Notes: a model not told the origin generated them from the sequence alone. 64,000 nucleotides of DNA from Mobula hypostoma (GCF_963921235.1 NC_086097.1:164736001-164800000), one strand, 5' to 3'. Positions 26,576-39,239 are shown, counted from the stretch's first letter. A program made the numbers and translations.

Positions 26576-27377
26576 TTTCAGTTCAGAAGTATCAAACTAT
26601 TTCTTTATAATTTTTAGCTCTTTCTCCACTGTATCCAAAAGTTGTTTCAGATGTTCCCCACTATAAAATATAGTTGTATCATCAGCAAATAATATACATT
26701 TTAATGTCTGAGAGACCATACATATATCATTCATATAAAAAATGAACAGCAATGGACCAAGCACTGAACCTTGTGGAACCCCATAAGTTACCCTCAAAGA
26801 ATTTGGATTCGAATTGTTTACTTGTGCATACTGATACCTGTCTTCCAAATAACTACTTAACCAGTCATGTGCCACCCCTCTAATACCATATCTTTCTAAT
26901 TTTGTTCATAATAATTTATGGTCACTGGTGTCAAATGCTTTTTTTAAAATCAAGGAATATTCCCACTGTGTATTCATTTCTTTCTATAGCATTTGATATT
27001 TCTTCTACAAAATCTATTAATGCTATTGTAGTGGTTCTGTTTTTTTCTAAAACCATATTGCTGTTCACAGAGTATATTATGTTTTGTTATGAAATTATTT
27101 AACATTCTTACAAATATTTTTTCCAATATTTTGGAAAACTCAGGGCAAAGAATCTGGTCTATAATTTGAAAATATATGTTTATCTCCAGCAATCAAAGAC
27201 TGATTACAAATATGAGTCAGTGGTTTCACAACACAGTCAATGATGTTTTTAATTAAATACATATCATATCCATTCCAATCTGTTGATCTCTTGGTATCTG
27301 ATTTATATATTATATCAATTATTTCTTTTTCCTCAGTTGCTCTAATAAACATAGTGTAAGTGTTTATATTAATAATA

Positions 27378-29021
27378 CAGGTTTCCCCCACTATCCGAAG
27401 GTAGAGCGTTCCTATGAAACGGTTCGTAAGCCAGATTGTCTTAAAGCAAAGAAGCAATTACCATTAATTTATATGGGAAAAATCTGCAAGCCTTCGCAGA
27501 CCCAAAAATAACCTACCAAATCATGCCAAATAACACATAAAACCTAAAATAACAGTAACATATAGTAAAAGCAGGAATAATATGATAAATACACAGCCTA
27601 TATAAAGTAGAAATACTTCTCCACAATCATTGCTGCACTGTTCTTGGTAGCGAAAATCTCACGCAAGCGCTCTCAGCAGAAACACGACACAAGCACTCTC
27701 CAGTAACCTTTAAGCTATGAAGCTGCCAAATCATACCAAATAACACGTAAAAATACACAGCCGATATAAAGTAGAAATAATGTATGTACGGTGTCGTATC
27801 ACTTACCGGAATTGGGACAGCGCTGAGCACACTGATGATGGTGTGTTAGGCCGAGTCGTCGGAGGTTGGGGCGGGGCAGCGGCCCCCATCGTCCGGGCAG
27901 GGAACCGATACCGATCTGCGAAGCATGCAGTGGTGCAACGGTAGCCGGGACGCATCCAGCACATCTTTAAGAAAAAAGCCAAAACAAACAAGCTAATTAA
28001 TTAGGTGCCGCCCGGCATGTAAATGTCGGCCCAGATCGGAGGCAACACAATCGACAATCGCCTCTGATCTGGGCCGACATTTACATGCCGGGCGGCACCT
28101 AATTAATTAACTTGTTTATTTCGGCTTTTTTCTTAAAGATGTGTCTTGTGCCTCTCGGCTACTGCTGCATTCTCCGCGGCAATGTATCCGTACACGGCCC
28201 GGGGGTTGGGATGGTGGGACACTGAGGTGTCATCTCATCGTCCATCAGGGCAGGCAGGTCGTCATCTTCTATGTCTGCCTGCCTCGATGTCGAAGGTCGA
28301 GGTTCGTCGTCTGCTGTGGCTGAAGTGGAAGGCTTGCTTGACTGCCTAGCGTCACGCATTTTTAGATCATACAGTTCTTTGTAGGCACTCAAACCATCCT
28401 GCAAATATCCCCTAAACCTACGTACCCTTTCAAAATTAAAGTCGTACTTTATCATTGCAGCACAAATCTCACGCATCTGATTCATGTTCAGTTCCTGGAT
28501 TACTTCACTTTCAGTCCGATGGCTACTGCACTCGGTTTTGATTGGTATCCTTTCCTCTTCCAATTGCATCAGCTCTTCATCTATCAGTTCTTGGTCATGG
28601 GATGCCAAAACCTCTCCAACATCATCTTTGTCAGCTTCCACAAGCCAAACTCACTTTGTCCTTACTTCGTTCACCACGATCGAAACGCTTAATTATGTCT
28701 AGTTTTACGCTAAGTGTAACACCCTTATGAGCTCTTTCAGGCTTTTCCGATACCTTAGAACTCATCTTGCAAATGGATACTCAAAATAAATCGACATAAA
28801 GCACAGATGCTCACAGGCACGTGTTTAAGCAATGCCGGCAAGAATGCTGTTCCGAATCCCGGGAAGGAGCGGCTGCTCGGGGCTCACGCTGATTTTTTCT
28901 GTGCGCTGCCTTTTTTTTTGTAACAGTGAAAACACCTGTTAGCGAAAACAGGGAACTAATGTAGGTCTTTCGTAACGGTGAGGTTTCGTAAAGCGAACAT
29001 TCGAAAAGCGGGGGACACCTG
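27378..29021 (-). mobile_element. Tigger/pogo (TcMar) non-autonomous deletion derivative, copy 1
   Basis: TA|CAGGTTTCCCCC...GGGGGACACCTG|TA imperfect TIRs with TA duplication; N-terminal remnant MSSKVSEKPERAHKGVTLSVKLDIIKRFDRGER (28631-28765) abuts a C-terminal remnant DDVGEVLASHDQELIDEELMQLEEE...AYKELY (28159-28641); no DDE domain seen. Confidence 0.85.
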
Positions 29022-29137
29022 TATTACTATTTACTCCATCTTTATTGCTGGGTTCAGTAATTGATTTAGCTAATTTAGTTCCCACATTAACAAAGAAATC
29101 ATTAAACCTATATGCAACCAAATTAGTATCCTTTATT

Positions 29138-29250
29138 ACATCGACTGCACCTCTTCCTGTAGATGCTGCCTGGCCTGCTGCGTTCCACCAGCATCTTGTG
29201 TGTGTTGCTTGAATTTCCAGCATCTGCAGATTTCCTCATGTTTGCGTAGG
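29138..29250 (+). mobile_element. Short Penelope-tail fragment starting at the hammerhead cleavage region
   Basis: acatcgactgcacctcttcctgtagatgctgcctggcc...gcatctgcagatttcctcatgtttgcgt; TATTAC duplicated at 29134-29139 and 30804-30809. Confidence 0.8.
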
Positions 29251-29258
29251 ATTCATTA

Positions 29259-30803
29259 CAGGTTTCCCCCGCCATCCGAAGGTAGAGCGTTCCTATGAAA
29301 CGGTTCGTAAGCCGGAATGTCATAAAGCGAAGAAGCAATTACCATTAATTTATATGGGAAAAATTTGTGAGCGTTCGCAGACCCAAAAATAACTTACCAA
29401 ATCATGCCAAATAACACATAAAACCTAAAATAACAGTAACATATAGTAAAAGCAGGAATGATATGATAAATACACCGCTTATATAAAGTAGAAATACTTT
29501 TCCACAATCATTACTGCACTGTTCTCCGTAGCGAAAATCTCACGCAAGCGCTGTCGGCAGAAAATCTCACGCAAGTGCTCTCCAGTAACCTTTAAGCTAT
29601 GAGCTGCCAAATCATATCAAATAACACACAAAAATACACAGCCTATATAAAGTAGAAATAATGTATGTACAGTGTAGTATCACTTACCAAAATCGGGACA
29701 GCGCCGAGCACACTGATGATGATGTGTTAGGCTGAGTCGTCGCAGGTTGGGGTGGTGCAGTGGCCCCCACCCTCCGGGCCACCAACCGATACCGATCCGC
29801 GAAGCATGCAGGGGTACAACGGTAGCTGGGATGCATCCAGCACATCTTTAAGAAAAAAGCCGAAACAAACATGCTAATTAATTAGGTGCTGCCCGTAATT
29901 GTCGGCCCAGATCAGTGCCGATTTCCGATTGCGTCGTCTCTGATCTGGGCCGATAATTATGTGTCGGGCGGCACCTAATTAATTAGTATGTTTATTTCGG
30001 CTTTTTTCTTAAAGATGTGCTGTGTGCCTCCCGGCTACCGCTGCATTCTCCGCGAATCGGTATCTGTCCACAGCCTGGGTGTTGGGGTGGTGGGACACTG
30101 GGGTATCATCTCGTCGTCTGTTTCTGTTAGAGCAGGCAGCTCATCTTCTCCTATGACTGCCTGCCTCGATGTCAAAGGTCGAGGTTCGGCGTCTGCTGTG
30201 GCTGATGTGGAAGGCTTGCTTGATTGCTGAGCCTCGCGCATTTTTCTATCACGCGGTTCTTTGTAAGGACTCAAACCATCTTGCAAATATCCCCTAAACC
30301 TACTTTATCATTGCAGCGAAAATCTCATGCAGTTGCTTCACGTTCATTTCGCTACTGCATTCGGTTTCGATTGTTATCCTTTTTTCTTCCAATTGCCTCA
30401 GCTCTTCATCTATCAGTTCTTGGTCATGGGATGCCAAAACCTCTTCAACATCATGTTCGTCAGCTTCCACAAGCCAAACTCACTTTGTCCTTACCTCGTT
30501 CACCATGATCGAAACGCTTTATTATGTCTAGTTTTACGCTAAGTGTAACACCTTTACGAGCTCTTTTAGGCTTTTCCGATACTTTAGAACTCATCTTGCA
30601 AACGACTGCTCACAGGCATGTGTTTAAGCAGTGCCGGCGAGAATGCAGTTCCGAATCCGGGGGAGAGCGGCTGCTCGGTGCGTGCGCTGCCTTTCTTCGT
30701 AACAGTGAAAAAACCTTCTGAAAGTAAAAACAGGGTACTAATGTAGGTCTTTCGTAACAGTGAGGTTTCATAAAGCAAACGTTCGAAAAGCGGGGGACAC
30801 CTG
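29259..30803 (-). mobile_element. Tigger/pogo non-autonomous deletion derivative, copy 2
   Basis: Same TIRs, TA duplication, deletion junction and internal palindrome as copy 1, with additional small deletions. Confidence 0.85.
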
Positions 30804-32835
30804 TATTACCATATCATTGTTTGAATTAAAGTAATATGGGTAAATTGTTTTTCTTTTATCCTTTTTAATAATTTCATTTAAAACTCTCCAAGTATTTTTA
30901 ATATTATTTCTATTATTCTCCAATAATTTACTATAATAACTCCTTTTACTAGATCTCATAATACTTGTTAACTTATTTTTATATTTCTTGTATTTAATTT
31001 CAGCTTCCTTTGTTCTATGTTTTAAGAATTTCTTATATAATACATTTTTCTTTTTACAAGCATTTTGTATTCCCTTTGTTAACCAAGGCTTATCAATATA
31101 CTTCTCTTTGTCAACTTTTTAAACTAGTGGGCAATGTTTATCATACAAATTAGTTATTACAGAAACAAATGCTTCATAGGCTTCATCTACATCATCTACA
31201 TAGACTGTATTCCAATCTTGTTTAATTAACTCCTCCTTAAGAGACTTAATGGTAGCTTCTGTTATATGTCGAGTTAACCTACTAGTTTTAATTTCATTAT
31301 TAATCATGATGCGGCTCTCAAAAGCTACAAAAACAGGCAGGTGATCGCTAACATCATTTATGAGTAAACCTCCTGTTATTTTCCCATCAGTAACATTTGT
31401 AAATATGTTATTGATGAGTGTAGCACTATTTACAGTTATCCTGCTTGGTTGTGTGATTGAAGGATATAAACTCATGCAAAACATTGTATTGATAAAATTT
31501 CTTATTTGTGTATGTCCATGAAGATTTAACAAGTCAATATTAAAATCCCCACAGACAAAAACCACCTTCTTATTGTTAATGTTATCATATAACCCAGCCA
31601 ACTTATCTTTAAATGTATCTATGTTGGATCCTGGGGTTCTATATATACAGCTTATAATTGTATTTTTTGATCTCTCAACTTTAATTTCTTCAGTCACAGT
31701 GATTATGGAATAGCAGAGCAGACTCAGTGGGTGAATAGCCTAATTTTGTTCCTTTGTCTTATGTCATCACTTTATGCCATTTACACTTGCCCTGAAAGAG
31801 AGGGATCAGATACAAAACTCGCCTCACCACTCAGCACAATACAAGCGAGAACTGCTGTTGCACTCAGAGGCCTCAGTATGATCCAGCCCCATGTGTTCTG
31901 CACTGTTTCATGTCATTGCACTTTCATGAGCATTAATCTTTTCGCTGCTATTCAAACTGACTCTGTTTATACTTTTAAATATGCAAGCACAGACTGGTGC
32001 CAGTAGGTGCTGCATGAATTCACAATGACCAAAGCAGACACCAGACAAGCTATGCTGAAGTTTCTCACCAGCCAACTCATTATAATTTGAGGAAAATATT
32101 ACTTCCTTTGAAGGAGGGCCATCATCTAACTCTGTTTTTACTCCTCTCCATAGCCACAGAGACTCTCACCCTTTGAAGTTTGGACATCCTTTCTAATGCC
32201 AACATAGCTACCTTTTTATTTACTTTCGGATCTATTAAAGTGACTTGCAGAGTGCCTTATAATTTAAGTTCATGGTAACTTAAAAATATGTTGGAACATC
32301 TTTCCAGCATTAACTGTATCAAAGTATGAACTGTACCTGATCAAGAAAAATCACAAACAGCTTTCAGCCAGGCTGTTGTTAGCATTTACGGAAGTGTGGT
32401 AAACTATTTTACACTGTTGTATTTAAAAGGATACTTTGCATTGAGGTTGAGTTGCTTTGTTTCTCAATAAATATAAAAAGATCTTTGCCTAGAACTTCCT
32501 CCTTGGTTGGGTAGCACTAAACCTGCAATGTAATAATGAATGTTGTACTCATTCATGATATCCAGTTCCATTGCCACCATAATACATGTTCTTTGTCATC
32601 TATTTAAAGATGAATTTCTCCCCATTCAGGGCCACTGCAGATTATCATTTCAGAAATGAAGAGAGCAGAATTTACCATCGCTTGCTGTACTGTTGCAGCT
32701 GATACTGATATTGTGAATTTAAGCTTCTCTTAAGGGTGGACGGGGACAATTTTATGCAAATGTAAACAATACACCACAGTGCAAAGCAGTGGGTAAAATT
32801 CAGAGTAGTTTTAAGTGCTCCTCTCCATTTTTTAG

Positions 32836-32912
32836 GCCCTGAGTGAAATATGTGGAACAAAGGAAGCTTCTGAGTTTCAAGAAGAAGAAATGCGTAAAGC
32901 AAATCTTCAAAG
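32836..32912 (+). CDS. SOGA1: SOGA1/MTCL2 77-nt coding exon, phase 0-2 (not in this frame in the ORF track)
   Basis: ctctccatttttttag|GCC...CAA AG|gtaaga; encodes ALSEICGTKEASEFQEEEMRKANLQ(R), compare recalled human EEEENHKGNLQR; the phase-2 end completes an AGA codon with A37354. Confidence 0.88.
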
Positions 32913-34164
32913 GTAAGAGATCAAGCCTTCTTCTCTTCTGCTTGCTAGTTCTTCTATACCTTGAGCTTGAGCCACAAAATGCACACATTGTGATGCTCCC
33001 AGGAAAACAGACGTCCATGGCCAAGAGGGAAAGACAGGTTTAAATATTACAATCAAGCCAGTTAAGGAATGTCCTTATTTTGTTATGGAATTAAGTTTAC
33101 TTATGAAACAAAGTAGCATTTACCCTTTCATCCCTCTGCTGTTTGTAGTGAAATCAAAATCACCACAAACTTTTTTTTTTACCACTGCTGCCTTTGATGC
33201 CTCTCCATTTCCTGACTGGGAAATAATTGTTCAGAATTCTTACCAAAGACTGAGGGGACGTGACATAGTATTGATCCCCTGCCCACTGGAAGTATTGATG
33301 TAATCTTCTGACAGCAGATCTTAGGAAATTCACTGGAGCCCACTGGTGTGGCAGGGTTTGGGTGGCAATATGTTGGGTTTGGGAGTTTGAGAATTTTCAA
33401 GGAGTATGGCAGAAAATGAATGAACAATTTAGTTCGTACCTCATGCTGGCATTCTGAAGGTTTCTCACTTTCATTGTCCCAGTCTCCTCACACTCACCCT
33501 GTTGAACTTATGAGTCCTCATCTTCTAGCATCCCATTAGAAGATTGTTTCTCAGCGGTGCGGGGAATGTATTAGCTTTCTGTTCATATATTAGTTGTTAC
33601 TGCCTGATCATCAAAATAGGTTTGCTCACTTTCCCCACTGGCTTCTGATAGGCATCATTAACGAAAAACACTTACATGTACAGTGATACACCTAAAATGT
33701 TCCTTTAATCATCCATTATGATTGTGCTGGGCCTTGAAACTTAAAGCTGAAAATAGGCTTCCTTGTATGGTCCAAATGTGAGTTGGGATTAACAATTCTC
33801 TCAATTCCTTATGTCAGTAGTACTGAATTGTTTGCATTCATTGAAAGAAGATCATGGTTTTCTTAGCTGGTTTAGGCTGTTGTTTAATTCTGTCCAAAAG
33901 AAAAGCCCTTAGTGGTGCTCCTTCCTTCTGTATTCCAGTTTTCCATTGCTAAATTGTGTAAAACAAAGAAGCCTCTGATTTGATCACAAATGATTCATCT
34001 GATCTCAGCTGGGATGGGTTGCAGTCAGGGCTGTGGTACAAGAGTCTGGAATTAGTGTCCCCGTTATTGAGTTGAGCAAAGAAAAATCAATCAACCCAGG
34101 TACGGCTGTCTTTTACCAACCTGTACTCCAAGAGAAGTGTGTGAAGATTACTGGCCCCATCTTT

Positions 34165-36686
34165 CCATAGAAACCATAGAAACTACAGCACAGAAACAGG
34201 CCTTTTGGTCCTTCTTGGCTGTGCCGAACCATTTTCTGCCTAGTCCCACTGACCTGCACATGGACCATATCCCTCCATATACCTCCCATCCATGTATCTG
34301 TCCAATTTATTCTTAAATGTTAAAAAAGAACCCGCATTTACCACCTCATCTGGCAGCTCATTCCATACTCCCACGAATCTCTGTGTGAAGAAGCCCCCCC
34401 CAATGTTCCCTTTAAACTTTTCCCCCCTCACCCTTAACCCATGTCCTCTGGTTTTTTTCTCCCCTTGCCTCAGTGGAAAAAGCCTGCTTGCATTCACTCT
34501 ATCTATACCCATCATAATTTTATATACCTCTATCAAATCTCCCCTCATTCTTCTACGCTCCAGGGAATAAAGTCCTAACCTATTCAACCTTTCTCTGTAA
34601 CTGAGTTTCTCAAGTCCTGGCAACATCCTTGTAAACCTTCTCTGCACTCTTTCAACCTTATTTATATTCCTTCCTGTAATTTGGTGACCAAAACTGAACA
34701 CAATACTCCAGATTTGGCATCACCAATGCCTTATACAACCTCATCATAACATTCCAGCTCTTATATTCAATACTTTGATTAATAAAGGCCAATGTACCAA
34801 AAGCTCTCTTTACGACCCTATCTACTTGTGACGCCACTTTTAGGGAATTTTGTATCTGTATTCCCAGATCCCTCTGTTCTACTGCACTCCTCAGTGCCTT
34901 ACCATTAACCCTGTATGTTCTACCTTGGTTTGTCCTTCCAACATGCAATACCTCACACTTGTCTGTATTAAACTCCATCTGCCATTTTTCAGCCCATTTT
35001 TCCAGCTGGTCCAAGTCCCTCTGCAGGCTCTGAAAACCTTCCTCACTGTCTACTATACCTCCAATCTTTGTATCATCAGCAAACTTGCTGATCCAATTTA
35101 CCACATTATCATCCAGATCATTGATATAGATGACAAATAACAATGGACCCAGCACTGATCCCTGTGGCACACCACTAGTCACAGGCTTCCACTCAGAGAA
35201 GCAATTCTCTACCACCACTCTCTGGCTTCTTCCATCGAGCCAATGTCTAATCCAATTTACCACCTCTCCATGTATACCTAGCGACTGAATTTTCCTAACT
35301 AACCTCGCATGCGGGACCTTGTCAAAGGCCTTACTGAAGTCCATGTAGACAATATCCACTGCCTTCCCTTCATCCACTTTCCTGGTAACCTCCTCGAAAA
35401 ACTCCAACAGATTGGTCAAACATGACCTACCACGCACAAAGCCATGTTGACTCTCCCTAATAAGCCCCTGTCTATCCAAATGCTTGTAGATTCTGTCTCT
35501 TAGTACTCCCTCCAATAACTTACCTACTACCGACGTTAAACTCACCGGCCTATAATTTCCTGGATTACTTTTCGATCCTTTTTTAAACAACGGAACAACA
35601 TGAGCCACTCTCCAATCCTCCGGCACCTCACCCGTAGACAGCGACATTTTAAATATTTCTCCCAGGGCCCCCGCAATTTCAACACTAGTCTCCTTCAAGG
35701 TCTGAGGGAATACCCTGTCAGGTCCTGGGGATTTATCCACTTTAATTTTCCTCAAGACAGCAAGCACCTCCTCCTTTTCAATCTGTACAGTTTCCATGAT
35801 CTCACTACTTGATTCCCTCAATTCCATAGACTTCATGCCGGTTTCCTTAGTAAATACAGATGCAAAAAACCTATTTAAGATCTCCCCCATTCCCTTTGGT
35901 TCTGCAAATAGCCGACCACTCTGATCTTCAAGAGGACCAATTTTATCCCTTACAATCCTTTTGCTCTTAATATACCTGTAAAAGCTCTTTGGATTATCCT
36001 TCACTTTGACTGCCAAGGCAACCTCATGTCTTCTTTTAGCCCTCCTGATTACTTTCTTAAGTATTTTCTTGCACTTCTTATACTCCTCAAGCACCTGATT
36101 TACTCCCTGTTTCCTATACATTTCATACAACTCCCTCTTCTTCTTTATCAGAGTTGCAATATCCCTTGAGAACCAAGGTTCCTTATTCCTATTCAATTTG
36201 CCTTTAATCCTGACAGGAACATACAAACTCTGCACTCTCAAAATGTCCCCTTTGAAGGCCTCCCACCTACCAATCACATCTTTGCCAGAGAACAACCTGT
36301 CCCAATCCACGCTTTTTAGATCCTTTCTCATTTCTTCAAATTTGGCCTTCTTCCAGTTCAGAACCTCAACCCTAGGACCAGATCTATCCTTGTCCATGAT
36401 CAAATTGAAACTAATGGTGTTATGATCACTGGAACCAAAGTGCTCCCCTACACAGACTTCCGTCACTTGTCCTAACTCGTTTCCTAACAGGAGATCCAAT
36501 ATTGCATCCCCTCTAGTTAGTCCCTCTATATATTGATTTAGAAAACTTTCCTGAACAGATTTTACAAACTCTAAACCATCTAGACCCCTAACAGTATGGG
36601 AGTCCCAATCAATGTATGGAAAATTAAAATCCCCTACCACCACAACTTTATGTTTCCTGCGGTTGCCTGCTATCTCTCTGCAGATT
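34165..36686 (-). mobile_element. Young 5'-truncated CR1 LINE
   Basis: 661-aa uninterrupted ORF (VGDFNFP...KFADDTKIGG...); one apparent frameshift near 34665 to the C-terminal frame 34240-34701; tail gtttctatggtttctatgg. Confidence 0.95.
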
Positions 36687-37353
36687 AAAATTTCCTCAGA
36701 AACCTAGTGGCTGACCTGATTGAAATGGGAAAAGTTGAGTAGAAGATATTTCTAGTCTCAAGCCATTATTAGAACACAGTCTTGTGTATTCAGGACAGGA
36801 GAGGCTCCTTTTGCCAAGGGCGTTATAAATGAAGAACTGGTACTAACGACATGAATAGCTTACTTGTTTCAGAGAATTTAGGTAAGCATGATGGGCAAGG
36901 AATGGAAGGAAATGCAGGGATCATTAGCAGTGAATGGCTTGTTTCTGAGCAAATGCATTCTCAGAAAATATGTAGCAGATAGGGTGAGGTTAACGCATAA
37001 GGAACAAGGTAGGTGTGATTTTAATGCAATAATCCAACCATAGACTAGAAACCTAGCATGAGTTGATGCCTTGAAGTGTCACATGAGAATAAATATTGCA
37101 AAATCTTCCTGAAAACACCTTCTTCATGTCTTAGAGGAGTGTAGGTTTGAAATCAGATTAATAATCCTTTCGACTTTGTCCACTCTGTGCTTTGTTACTG
37201 CGGTAAAATTTGATATATTTGCTTACATAATATCCCTGAAGAGACTGATTTGTGAAGTGGAGTAAATATTTCTCTGTGTTATATTTGATATGACACTTTC
37301 ACATTTTGTTTGTGACATGTATTCTAAAAAAAAATCTTGTGTTTTATTTTAAG

Positions 37354-38902
37354 AGCAAAGTCCGTTTCCTCCATGTCAGAGTTCCAACGCTTGATGGACA
37401 GTTCTCCATTTCTCCCTGAGAAGCACTTCATTAGTGATTCCAGTCAACATGCATACAAGACCAAGGATGAAGCAACCCCACCATTGTCTCCAGATGACTT
37501 GAAATATATTGAGGAATTTAATGGAAAAAGCTTGGAGTACACTAGCAAAGATAAGCCAGCAGAAGCCTGGCTGGAAAAGAGTGAAGATGAGAAAACAGTG
37601 AGCAGTTTACCGGCTGAGCCCTTCCAGGCTACCTCATGGTTCCTTACAACCAGTGCTACAATGACAACCAGTACAATCAGCGGGCAGGATTCCACTCAAA
37701 AGCAGCTCCAGCGCAGCAGTGCGGGCTCAGATAAGATAGGAATGCGACTGTATCACAGCCCACCAGTGATCCGCAGATTTGAAGGGTCAACGCGACCTAA
37801 CAGTGATGTAATGAAGTTGCCAGATTCAGACTTTACTTTTTCCAGGATCAAGTCAAATGGGAATGAGCCAAAGGGAGGATCACCAAATGTGTTTGGAAGG
37901 TGGCCATGTGAGATTGGAAAGCACCACAAAGATCTGCTGGAGGGTGGTCTCCATCCAATGGAGCACCCAATCTGTAGTACTGTAGGCTTTGCTTCATCAC
38001 TGCATGATCTTAACATATCTGGCAACATGAGTGATGACATGAAAGAAGTAGCTCATTCAGTCATGAGTCGAATACGTTCAAACTCAATTGAGCCCCAGTT
38101 CAAAGACATTGCCTGTCAGACTATTGGTGCTACAAGTACAGGAACACAGACCACACAGACTATCAGTGTAGGATTGCAGACTGAAGGCCTTAGGAACATC
38201 ACCAGCAGTCCGCACAAGTGTTTGACACCAAAAGGAGGTTCAACTCCTGTATCTTCACCCTCACGAAGTTTGCGGAATAAGCAGGTGGCACCAGTAGTTG
38301 AGAAAATGCAAGCAAAGTTTGAACGAGCATGCTGCTCACCCAAATATGGCTCCCCAAAACTACAAAGAAAAGTTTCTGCAAAATCGGATCAGCCAAAGGA
38401 TCGTATTTTGCCAAGTACTCCACAGAAGGGATTCAATGAATCAGCTTGGGCAAGATCAACCACCACTCGAGACAGTCCTGTTCACACCACCATTAATGAT
38501 GGCCTTTCGAGTTTGTTTAATATCATAGATCACACACCCATAGCTTGCGACAGTGTGCAAAGATTGACCAGGTCTGTGAGTAGATCAAAGCCTGCAGAAC
38601 CCAGGTCGAATTATGTCTTAGTTCAAGAGTTTCTGAAGACTGTTAGTGGCGGATCGCCAAGTCCAGTTTGCATGTCAGTGGAATCAGAGGTGGAAACAGA
38701 TGGCGACGATCTTATTGGGAAGCAGGAACTGTCTATTTCTCCAGGATACAGCCTTACTGAAAGTCCTGCCAGGATCTTAAACAAACATCTACTTGAACAG
38801 GCCCTTAATGATGAACAAAGTCAAGCTAAGAACAGCCAGAAATCTGCCAGTGACGATAGTAAGGCAGAAGATGCAGATGGAATTTCCCCGAACTTCCTTG
38901 AG
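37354..38902 (+). CDS. SOGA1: SOGA1/MTCL2 large C-terminal-region exon, phase 2-0
   Basis: ttttattttaag|A GCA...CTT GAG|gtatat; contains SVSSMSEFQRLMD.SPFLPEK, TPPLSPDDLKYIEEFN, TSSPHKCLTPK, CCSPKYGSPKLQRK and SAWARSTTTRDSPVHTTINDGLSSLFNIIDH, motifs I associate with SOGA1/MTCL2 rather than MTCL1. Confidence 0.95.
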
Positions 38903-39239
38903 GTATATTGGTCATTTTACTCTTTCTGTCTTGAATTTTACAAAGCACATTGTTTGGATTACATGGATCAGCTAATTAAAATTAAATATTTCTGTGGTTT
39001 CTGCAGACAATATGTGGCTCCATTCACTAAAGTGTTTCAGGTCAATCCAATTCTGTTCTTTGAAGTTTCATTTTGGACTTCAGAGCCAACTAATGCTCAC
39101 ATTGTGTGGTGATAGTTAATCTCATAAAATTGAAGGATTTCATTGTAGGTCATACCAGCAGCATTGAAGTCTTCTCACATGGACTTTTGTTAAAAGGCTG
39201 CCACCTTTCTTGAGCCAGTTTTTTGTATAGTTTCACCAT

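Larger units (their letters stand above)
23367..31697 (-). mobile_element. AT-rich L2-group LINE (L2/Crack/Daphne-like), 5'-truncated and split by four younger insertions
   Basis: Collinear pieces: endonuclease CIYRTPGS/VCGDFNIDLL/SDHLPVF (31119-31697), RFNDFFVNVG (~29.1 kb), NYRP/QQYGFRKK (~27.1 kb), [19 protein letters not shown] (26597-26875), NKLSLNLSKTK/KFLGV (23933-24358); tail aataaattt(catt)n. Confidence 0.85.

Noticed and set aside
28159..28641. TIGD-like domesticated transposase gene
   Set aside because: It lies between TIRs, lacks the DDE domain, is out of frame with the N-terminal remnant and is disrupted in copy 2.
38903..39112. 70-aa read-through extension of the 591-aa ORF
   Set aside because: A donor (GAG|gtatat) at the expected position and two phase-matched downstream exons explain the gene; the extension resembles nothing I recognise. 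Intron retention is not excluded.
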